Assembly: GCA_965230905.1 (NCBI GenBank)
Contig: OZ246396.1
Location: forward strand, 120,001-152,000
DNA length: 32,000 bases
Direction: 5' to 3'
Origin: Candidatus Saccharimonadota bacterium
GTDB lineage: Bacteria; Patescibacteriota; Gracilibacteria; UBA1369; 2-02-FULL-48-14
The stretch's first letter is position 1. Every line of letters starts with the position of its first letter. Positions 25,731 to 31,845 of the stretch are shown here, in pieces. The notes below the pieces were generated by a model that worked only from the letters and a program-made list of their open reading frames with translations, was not told the DNA's origin and did no database searches. The translations under genes and the position numbers were made by a program.

Positions 25731-26660
25731 ATGGATTGGTTTTCAATAATCATGATTGTCGGAGGCCTCACCTTGTTTGAAACGGTGAGCAGTATCGATA
25801 ATGCTATTATTAATGCTGAGGTGCTGAGCACAATGGGAGCTAAGGCTCGACGATGGTTTTTGCTCTGGGGAATATTGTTTGCGGTGTTTGTGGTTCGAGG
25901 AGTTTTGCCTTGGCTGATTGTATTTTTTACGGCGCCTGAACTTGGTTTCTTTGGTTCTCTCACGGCGACCTTTAGCAATGATCCAGCTGTAATCGAAGCC
26001 ATTGAATCTTCTGCCCCTATCCTACTGAATGGAGGCGGAGTCTTCCTCCTTTTCCTCTTCTTCCATTGGCTCTTTTTGGAACCAAAAAACTATGGACTGC
26101 GTGGCGAGAAATTCTTTCACGCTCAAGGAGTTTGGTTTTATGCCGTGGTGTCCATTCTACTCTGTCTCATCGTTTGGTACAGCCTACAGGTTGACCCAAA
26201 CATGGCCTTTGGGGCTGTAGTGGGTTCAACGGCCTTCTTCATCACCCACGGGTTTAAAGAGAATGCTGAAAAAGCCGAGGCGGATATGCTTAAGAAAGGA
26301 GGTATGTCGGATGTGAGCAAAATTTTGTACCTGGAAGCAATTGATACCACTTTCTCTATTGATGGAGTTTTGGGAGCTTTTGCCTTCACGCTTTCGGTTC
26401 CTCTCATTCTCATTGGGAATGGATTTGGAGCCATTGTAGTGCGTCAGCTCACCATTAGTAATATCGACCGCATTAAAAAATACATCTACCTTAAAAATGG
26501 TGCGATGTACTCCATATTGATTCTGGGAGGAGTGATGCTTGCTCACAGTTTTGGTGCCCATATCCCTGAATGGTTTTCTCCAGTAAGCACCGCCCTTGTG
26601 ATTTTGTTTTTCTTTATCAAATCAAAAAAGGCGATCCCGTTTTTACCTAAGACAGCCTGA
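25731..26660 (+). CDS. DUF475 / TerC-like integral membrane protein
   Basis: MDWFSIIMIVGGLTLFETVSSIDNAIINAEVL matches the LE.S.S.DNA..NA pattern of DUF475/TerC-type proteins. The protein is polytopic. Confidence 0.7.
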   Translation: MDWFSIIMIVGGLTLFETVSSIDNAIINAEVLSTMGAKARRWFLLWGILFAVFVVRGVLPWLIVFFTAPELGFFGSLTATFSNDPAVIEAIESSAPILLNGGGVFLLFLFFHWLFLEPKNYGLRGEKFFHAQGVWFYAVVSILLCLIVWYSLQVDPNMAFGAVVGSTAFFITHGFKENAEKAEADMLKKGGMSDVSKILYLEAIDTTFSIDGVLGAFAFTLSVPLILIGNGFGAIVVRQLTISNIDRIKKYIYLKNGAMYSILILGGVMLAHSFGAHIPEWFSPVSTALVILFFFIKSKKAIPFLPKTA

Positions 26661-26666
26661 TCACAG

Positions 26667-26771
26667 TTTTTAGTGGGACCTTTCTGAAATACATAAACTA
26701 AAAGGAAGCGGCGAAAAAGATCATGATCTTTTTCAGAGCGCTCCTGTGTTTCAGAAAGGTCCCACTAAAAA
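26667..26771. repeat. 105-bp nested inverted-repeat element: 23-bp perfect terminal arms enclosing a 22-bp perfect palindrome
   Basis: TTTTTAGTGGGACCTTTCTGAAA (26667-26689) is the exact reverse complement of 26749-26771. The inner palindrome GAAAAAGATCATGATCTTTTTC lies at 26713-26734. The element starts 7 nt after the DUF475 stop. Confidence 0.85.
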
Positions 26772-27274
26772 AATCGCCCTAAATGTTTCTAATCGTTGTT
26801 CAGCATCAGGTGAGAGCTTGGAGTAAAGGTGCAGAACATTGCTGTAACTGAGCTTTTACTTAATCTGTTGATCGTTTCCCGAGGGAAAGACCGGCCAGAA
26901 AAAGGTATCTGTCTATTCCTTCTTTCTGAGTACTTAAACCCACTGCAGAACGAGGTGATAGTGGCCAACATATCTTTGGGAAGATGATGTCCATCCAGGC
27001 TTACTAGGCGATTAGGAACTTAGGGCGCAGGAGGTGAAAAGTGGTGCTAACCTGATGGGTTGTCCGATTTTTGGGTACTTCGTGACCGAAAATCGGTTCG
27101 GGGGTTCCATCGTAGGGGCTTTATACCTTTTGTGCCGTAAGTTTCGCGCCGTGTTTTCAAAGATCATCATATTATTGTACCACGACTTGCTAGTTTTCGC
27201 AAGGGGCTTGAAATGAGCTTTGCATGGCAGTACAATGTTTATGACGATCCTAGCGATGAGAAACCATCTCGGAT
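26772..27274. other. ORF-poor region of about 0.5 kb with dense local hairpin potential (candidate structured ncRNA, strand unresolved)
   Basis: Only two 60-aa ORFs without a convincing RBS. Hairpins include CAGAAAAAGG..CCTTCTTTCTG (26896-26929), CCGATTTT..AAAATCGG (27063-27095) and ATTGTAC..GTACAAT (27174-27236). The region is bounded on the right by a bidirectional terminator-like hairpin. Confidence 0.3.
27242..27256. repeat. 15-nt exact direct repeat copy A (TGACGATCCTAGCGA)
   Basis: Identical to 27351-27365, which lies inside the tRNA-like gene (its central stem-loop). Confidence 0.9.
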
Positions 27275-27306
27275 AAAAGGCCCTCTTCGTGAGAGCCTTT
27301 TATTTT
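27275..27306. terminator. Bidirectional intrinsic-terminator-like hairpin
   Basis: AAAAGGCCCTC-TTCGT-GAGAGCCTTTTATTTT, a 7-bp stem with one mismatch flanked by an A-run and a T-run. The T-run is good on the plus strand and weaker (TTTTATCC) on the minus strand, 6-11 nt after the CCA of the tRNA-like gene. Confidence 0.5.
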
Positions 27307-27311
27307 GTCAG

Positions 27312-27385
27312 TGGTGGACCCGCGGGGAGTCGAACCCCGGTCGCTTAGGTTGACGATCCTAGCGACGGATGCCAATCCCGGGCCC
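27312..27385 (-). ncRNA. 74-nt tRNA-like element with tmRNA-TLD-like topology (acceptor stem with G3:U70, T arm, encoded ACCA; no cloverleaf, no tag region)
   Basis: The minus strand reads GGGCCCG-GGATTGGCATCC-GTCGCTAGG-ATCGTCAA-CCTAAGCGAC-CGGGG-TTCGACT-CCCCG-CGGGTCC-A-CCA. The acceptor stem (7 bp) and T arm (5 bp, 7-nt loop) are canonical. The D and anticodon arms are replaced by a 4-bp/4-nt mini-hairpin and one long hairpin. Confidence 0.6.
27351..27365. repeat. 15-nt exact direct repeat copy B (TGACGATCCTAGCGA) inside the tRNA-like gene
   Basis: Identical to 27242-27256. Confidence 0.9.
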
Positions 27386-27431
27386 ACAAAACACTGACTC
27401 ATCTGTTATAACTGACCGACCTTTATAAAAA

Positions 27432-27475
27432 CCTGAAATTTTCCTGAATTATTTCTGAATTAATCCTGACAAATC
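27432..27475. repeat. Four tandem 11-bp repeats (CCTGAAATTTT CCTGAATTATT TCTGAATTAAT CCTGACAAATC)
   Basis: Read directly from the sequence. The period matches one helical turn. The array lies 47-90 nt upstream (minus-strand sense) of the tRNA-like gene. Its CTGAAT core is shared with the boxes at 24937-25098. Confidence 0.8.
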
Positions 27476-27578
27476 GCGCAATTCTCACTGTGCAAATGTT
27501 CAAACCCCTCCGCCAAGTTTAACCTGAAAGTTCCGGACCGGTCCGGGATGCCAACCTGTAAAATCATTTCTAGGCAGT

Positions 27579-28160
27579 ATGACGAAAATGTGTAAAACTG
27601 AGTGCATGCTCCCCCACGGCCCCAACCCCTACTTCACCCTTTCATCTGAATTGCTGCATGAGCGAACGTATGTGCGTTTTTTGAAAGACAAAGTTCAAAT
27701 AGATGAGATTAAAAAAGACTACAGCTACATGGACGTGGACGACAGTGTGGGCATTGTGGCGCTGAATGAAAAAGGCGAGATCGCGTTGGTGGGTCAGTGG
27801 CGCTACCCCATTAAAGAATACAGGTGGGAAATTCCCGCAGGCATGAGTGAACCGGGCGAGACTCCGCTTGAGAACGCGCAGCGGGAACTTATGGAAGAGT
27901 CTGGCGTGAGTGCTTTGAAATGGACGGCGTTCGGGTCGTACCAAATGGACGGGTCTAAAATGAATCAACAAAATCACCTGTTTTTGGCGGAGCAGCTTAC
28001 GGTGGGTGACAACGCGCCGATGATAGACGAGAAATTAGAACGGCTGTGGATTCCGCTGGAAGAAGCCATCGCTTTAGTGGAAGCGGGCGAACTCCGGGAT
28101 GGACTCACCGTGATTGCCTTGTTTAGAGTTCAATCGTATCTCCAAAAGCAGGGACGATAA
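27579..28160 (+). CDS. Nudix hydrolase (ADP-ribose pyrophosphatase-like)
   Basis: Nudix box GMSEPGETPLENAQRELMEESGV (Gx5Ex7REuxEExGu). The start is uncertain (Met codons at 27579, 27588 and 27606). The 3' end overlaps the convergent beta-CASP gene by 38 nt. Confidence 0.85.
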   Translation: MTKMCKTECMLPHGPNPYFTLSSELLHERTYVRFLKDKVQIDEIKKDYSYMDVDDSVGIVALNEKGEIALVGQWRYPIKEYRWEIPAGMSEPGETPLENAQRELMEESGVSALKWTAFGSYQMDGSKMNQQNHLFLAEQLTVGDNAPMIDEKLERLWIPLEEAIALVEAGELRDGLTVIALFRVQSYLQKQGR

Positions 28161-29526
28161 CTTCTTTGATCCCATTCCCAAGCATCGCTGTTTTTAAGTC
28201 TTCTGCGGCGTCTTCTTCTCCATGAACGAGGATGAGTTTTTGTAGGCCTTGAATTTTGGTGGCGTAGTCCAGGAGGTCGCTGCGGTCGGCGTGGGCGGAG
28301 TACGCATTCATGATTTTTACTTCCATCTTCACATCGTGAGGCTTACCGAAAATGTTTACGGGACTCATTTTATCAACGATTTTACGTCCGAGTGTGTTCA
28401 CCGCTTGGTAACCCACGATCACGAGCGTGTTTCGGTGGTCTTCAATGGAGTTTTTAATGTGATGCAAAATGCGTCCGTGCTCGCACATACCTGAGGAGGA
28501 AATGATGATACAGGGGCCGTTATGATTATTTAGCGCCTTGGATTCTTCCACCGACTGAATGTAGTGGAGTTGTGAAAAATTGAAGGGATCGGTTTTGGAA
28601 TCGAGGAAGAGTTTTTGTGTTTCTTCATCGAGCACACCGAGGTTTTTCTTGAACACTTCCGTGAGGTTCACCGAAAGCGGTGAGTCTACATAAATGGGCA
28701 GTTCAGGAATTTTATGTTCGTTGGCGAGTTTGTGGAGAGAATAAATAATTTCTTGCGTGCGCCCGAGTGAGAAGGCCGGAATGAGGATTTTACCTCCACG
28801 CGCGGCCGTGGTTTTTACAATGGCAGCGAGCTTGTCTTCGGCTTCCAAAATGGATTCGTGCAGACGGTTACCATAAGTGGATTCCATGAGCAGATATTCC
28901 GTTTCTTCAACCTGGTATGGGTTGCGAATAAGCGGCATGTTGCGGCGACCCAAGTCTCCAGTGAAAACTAGGCGCTTAACTTTGCCGTCGTCATGGTCTT
29001 TGATGGTGAGCACGGTGATGGCGGACCCGAGAATGTGTCCCGCTTCGCGGAAGCACAGCATAATATCTGGATCGTCAAAAAGATTGATGCAAGAATCGTA
29101 AGGAATTCCCTTGGCCATTGGCAGGGTGTTTTCCACGTCCTCAGTTGTGTAAAGCGGTTCAATGAGAGCCTCACCCTCCTTAGCCTTTTTTTCATTGAGG
29201 TATTCGACTTCCCTTTCTTGGATGAAAGCGGAATCGCGGAGCATATAAGACAGCAAATCCACGGTGGGTTTGGTGCAATAAATAGGCCCGTTGAAACCTT
29301 GCTTAACCAGGTTTGGGAGGTTCCCGGAATGATCGATGTGCGCGTGCGAAAGAATCACCGCATCTACTTCTTTGGGATCGAATCCAAAGTTCTTGTTTTT
29401 ATCGCGTTCATCGGTACGGCGCCCTTGGAACATTCCACAGTCGAGCAGGATCTTTTTTCCGTTCACCTCCAAAAGGTGACGTGAACCCGTTACTTCGCGG
29501 TCGGCTCCAAAGAAGTGGATTTTCAT
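28123..29526 (-). CDS. MBL-fold beta-CASP ribonuclease (CPSF/RNase J-like family)
   Basis: MKIHFFGADREVTGSRHLLEVNGKKILLDCGMFQG and ILSHAHIDHSGNLP (HxHxDH motif), with beta-CASP and C-terminal RMMBL-like regions. Length 467 aa. Confidence 0.85.
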   Translation of the reverse strand: MKIHFFGADREVTGSRHLLEVNGKKILLDCGMFQGRRTDERDKNKNFGFDPKEVDAVILSHAHIDHSGNLPNLVKQGFNGPIYCTKPTVDLLSYMLRDSAFIQEREVEYLNEKKAKEGEALIEPLYTTEDVENTLPMAKGIPYDSCINLFDDPDIMLCFREAGHILGSAITVLTIKDHDDGKVKRLVFTGDLGRRNMPLIRNPYQVEETEYLLMESTYGNRLHESILEAEDKLAAIVKTTAARGGKILIPAFSLGRTQEIIYSLHKLANEHKIPELPIYVDSPLSVNLTEVFKKNLGVLDEETQKLFLDSKTDPFNFSQLHYIQSVEESKALNNHNGPCIIISSSGMCEHGRILHHIKNSIEDHRNTLVIVGYQAVNTLGRKIVDKMSPVNIFGKPHDVKMEVKIMNAYSAHADRSDLLDYATKIQGLQKLILVHGEEDAAEDLKTAMLGNGIKEVIVPAFGDTIEL

Positions 29527-29587
29527 ATTTTAGGTTGAAAAAATCTTTTAACTATAGCATATTTAGCCTCTTTAAACAAGATACGGC

Positions 29588-30349
29588 ATGGCGGAAAAGG
29601 CAAGCACTCTGGTCGAACTGATACAGGCGGAAAACCTTCGCCCTGTTAGTATAAGCAGCTCGTCCGCTTTAAAGCCAGGCGATAAAGTTCTATGGATTCC
29701 GGATGCTTCGGACCTCACCAGAGATATGGCTGAAATCAGCGATCGTGTGAGGATCTTGATTGTTAAAGAATCGGAAATGAATGGCTTGCCTTGCGTTGAA
29801 ATTCCTGAAGAAAAACGGACTGTGCAGCTCAGTCTTCTTAAAAGTACCGATCGTGTTTTTTACTTAAGTACGTGTAGGGACTCAAGTGCTCCCGCAGGAT
29901 GGGTCTACCGTAAGGAAGAGCCTGTTCAGCGATCTATGGTTTCAAGTTCGTCGAGTGGTGGAAGTGATTTAGACCTGCTTACCGCGTTGAGAGGGGGGAG
30001 TCAAAGACTGCCTCACGACACCGTGTCTCATCTAAAAAGTGTGCTTGGTTCGTATCCATTGGGAGCCAAGAAAGGAAACGGATACGTAATGATTGAGTCT
30101 TCAGTAGATTTTTATAATTTGATGTATACTCAACTCAAAATTTGCAATTTTTCTCTTACTCAGGAACCTAACGAAAGATACTCGATAGAAGATAGTCGGT
30201 TGGGACAAATTGCCGATATCCTTGGGGATGAGCTTATCAAAAAAGGTTATAGAGCGACACCTCCACTGAAGGACAAAACTGTGGCTTTCCACAAGGGCGC
30301 CTTATTTAAAGATGGACGGTTGTCTGGTTTGATACTTTATCATCAATAA
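29588..30349 (+). CDS. Hypothetical protein (no recognisable domain)
   Basis: 253-aa ORF with coding-like composition, no TM helix and no signal peptide. Ser-rich linker SMVSSSSSGGSD. Its 3' end overlaps the convergent capA-like gene by 7 nt. Confidence 0.5.
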   Translation: MAEKASTLVELIQAENLRPVSISSSSALKPGDKVLWIPDASDLTRDMAEISDRVRILIVKESEMNGLPCVEIPEEKRTVQLSLLKSTDRVFYLSTCRDSSAPAGWVYRKEEPVQRSMVSSSSSGGSDLDLLTALRGGSQRLPHDTVSHLKSVLGSYPLGAKKGNGYVMIESSVDFYNLMYTQLKICNFSLTQEPNERYSIEDSRLGQIADILGDELIKKGYRATPPLKDKTVAFHKGALFKDGRLSGLILYHQ

Positions 30350-31347
30350 GTGACTCTTGGTTTGGGCGCCGCGCCGTCCACCAAGTCTACGATTTGTTCC
30401 ACTACGGTTATTTCGCCGTTTTCAATTTTTAGGCCCAGCACGAGGCCTTCACGGACTTCGTTGCTGAAATATTGATCGAAAACGAAATTGCCGAGCGAGT
30501 AGTAGATTTGAACGCCGTTGTAGGTCTCGTGATTTTGGATGACGTGTGGGTGGTGGCCCCAAATAAAGTCGGCGCCGGAGTCTACAAAGGCGTGTGCCTT
30601 GGCGACCACGGATTCGCGAGCGGTGGCCTCGTACTCCCAGCCCCAGTGCACGCCAATGATTAGGTAGTCGACGAGCGGATCTACTTCTTTTATTTTGGCG
30701 AGAGCAGCATCGGTGTCGAGGCGAATCACGGCGTCGTTGAGGCCTAAAAAGCCAACGGTGGTGCCGGCAAAATCGTAAGTGATGAAACTGTAGGGGCCGC
30801 TGGGCGTGTCGGGGTGACCGAAGGAATCGATGCCAACAGCGGCGAGGTAGTCATGGGTTTGCTGGGGGCCGGTTTTGCCCATATCCAGCGTATGGTTGTT
30901 GGCCATGCTGAAGGTGGTGAAGCCGGCGCTTTTTAGGAGCTCGGCCACAGCTGGCTCAAAGTTGAAAATCATGGCCGTTCCGTTGTTGGTGTAGTTGCTG
31001 TCGGTGATGGGGCCTTCCAAGTTTCCAACGATGAGGTCGAGCTCAGGCGCGGCGAGTTTTTCTTGAATGGCGGTGATTATTTCCGGCATGTAGGTGAATG
31101 GAAAAGGCGGCGGCGTTTGTTGGCGCAGGGTTTTCACATAACGGTCGAGCATGATGTCACCCGTGAAGAGAATCGTGATGGTTTCGGAGCCTTCTTTTTT
31201 AGTCCATGCGGCTTCGTAAAATTTCGCCTGAATGGGCTCGGGCTGGTCTTTGAAAAAATGAGCGCCGGTTGTGAGCGCGGTTAAGAGGAGGGCGCTGAAG
31301 CACCAGAGAGCGTTTTTTTGAAGAGGCGTGAGAGTGGGCAGATTCAT
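30343..31347 (-). CDS. CapA/PGA_cap-family metallophosphoesterase (poly-gamma-glutamate synthesis-like), secreted or anchored
   Basis: N-terminal anchor ALWCFSALLLTALTTGA. Motifs ILFTGDIMLDR, MANNHTLDMG, IIGVHWGWEY and WGHHPHVIQ..YSLGNFVFDQ. Confidence 0.8.
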   Translation of the reverse strand: MNLPTLTPLQKNALWCFSALLLTALTTGAHFFKDQPEPIQAKFYEAAWTKKEGSETITILFTGDIMLDRYVKTLRQQTPPPFPFTYMPEIITAIQEKLAAPELDLIVGNLEGPITDSNYTNNGTAMIFNFEPAVAELLKSAGFTTFSMANNHTLDMGKTGPQQTHDYLAAVGIDSFGHPDTPSGPYSFITYDFAGTTVGFLGLNDAVIRLDTDAALAKIKEVDPLVDYLIIGVHWGWEYEATARESVVAKAHAFVDSGADFIWGHHPHVIQNHETYNGVQIYYSLGNFVFDQYFSNEVREGLVLGLKIENGEITVVEQIVDLVDGAAPKPRVTY

Positions 31348-31352
31348 GTGGC

Positions 31353-31814
31353 CTATTTATGATACTTCTTACCAGCCAGCAAGGTGAAGGCGCGGTAGAC
31401 TTGCTCCTTTAAAAATACGCGCACCATCTCGTGAGTGAAAGTCATTTTTGAAAGGGCCAGAGTTTGGTGGGCGGCGGCGAGCACTTCGGGGTGAAGCCCG
31501 TGCGAGCCGCCGATGAGAAATTGGACCTTGCCGCTGCCGAAGTCGCGCTCTTTGAGAAGGAGGGCCGCGAACTCGGGCGTGGTGAGGTGTTTTCCGAGTT
31601 CATCCAGGGCGATGATGCGGCATGCGGGGTCGAGTTTTTCGAGGAAGGCTGCTTTTTCTTCGGCTTGAACTTGTTCACGGTCGTCGCGTTTGCTGGGGCT
31701 GAACGTGAGGTTTTCCAGTTTCGCAAAAGGCGTAAGACGTTTTTCGTATTCGGCTTCCAGGCTCGCGAGGGCGGCTTCTTTGGTCTTTCCGACTTGGAGG
31801 ATTTGGATCTTCAT
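31353..31814 (-). CDS. rlmH: 23S rRNA (pseudouridine1915-N3)-methyltransferase
   Basis: SPOUT/YbeA pattern with IALDELGKHLTTPEFAALL, FLIGGSHGLHPEVL, LSKMTFTHEMVRVFLKEQVYRAF and a terminal KYHK. Confidence 0.88.
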   Translation of the reverse strand: MKIQILQVGKTKEAALASLEAEYEKRLTPFAKLENLTFSPSKRDDREQVQAEEKAAFLEKLDPACRIIALDELGKHLTTPEFAALLLKERDFGSGKVQFLIGGSHGLHPEVLAAAHQTLALSKMTFTHEMVRVFLKEQVYRAFTLLAGKKYHK

Positions 31815-31845
31815 TTACGCTCATTCTAATGCTACAATCGCCGCT

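Noticed and set aside
26881-27004. RNase P RNA-like motifs in the correct order on the plus strand: GAGGGAAAGACCGGCC (like CR-I GAGGAAAGUCCGGGC), TAAACCCACTGCAGAACGAGG (like UAAACUCCACCCGGAGCAAGG), GGCCAACATA (like GGCCAAAUAGG) and CCAGGCTTAC (like CCCGGCUUAU).
   Set aside because: The spacing is only about 110 nt between the CR-I-like and CR-V-like motifs, versus about 290 nt in E. coli, so the whole specificity domain would be missing. The P4 pairing needs an extra bulge. The GAGGGAAAG segment is sequestered in a local TTTCC-CGAG-GGAAA hairpin. I could not build P1-P3 or P5. A covariance-model scan (RF00010/RF00011) is needed, and a positive hit would be remarkable (a C-domain-only bacterial RNase P). 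I cannot support it by eye.
27000-27036. Possible tmRNA tag reading frame on the minus strand ending ...RPKFLIA followed by tandem stops TAG TAA.
   Set aside because: There is no identifiable resume codon, pseudoknot 1 or helix 5 context. The C-terminal LIA is atypical for SsrA tags. The adjacent tRNA-like domain closes on itself, so this region is not enclosed by it.
26920-27060. Weak resemblance to a TPP riboswitch (CTGAGT...ACCC...GAAC and AACCTGATGGG).
   Set aside because: The core CUGAGA...ACCUGAUCYGGNUAAUNCCNGCG...AGGGA is not reproduced. No thiamine-related gene lies downstream.
26789-27216. The 60-aa ORFs 26789-26971 (minus) and 27034-27216 (plus, next to an AGGAGG sequence).
   Set aside because: Both sit exactly at the track's length threshold. 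Neither has a properly spaced RBS: the AGGAGG abuts the GTG and is 20 nt from the first ATG. The sequences are odd and Cys/Phe-rich, and the region is full of hairpins, so non-coding RNA is more likely.
21889-27311. An intact integrative element, prophage or transposon in the accessory stretch.
   Set aside because: No integrase, recombinase, transposase, Rep or phage structural gene is present in any frame. Only att-like duplications and palindromes remain, so at most this is a decayed remnant.
27312-27385. Interpretation as an ordinary tRNA, including Pyl-like, Sec-like, intron-containing or 8-nt-anticodon-loop variants.
   Set aside because: There are no linker nucleotides at positions 8-9. 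The D arm has a 4-nt loop. The best anticodon-arm fold has a 4-bp stem with an 8-nt loop, or a 6-bp stem with a 15-nt loop. The variable region is absent. No CUA or UCA anticodon context is present.
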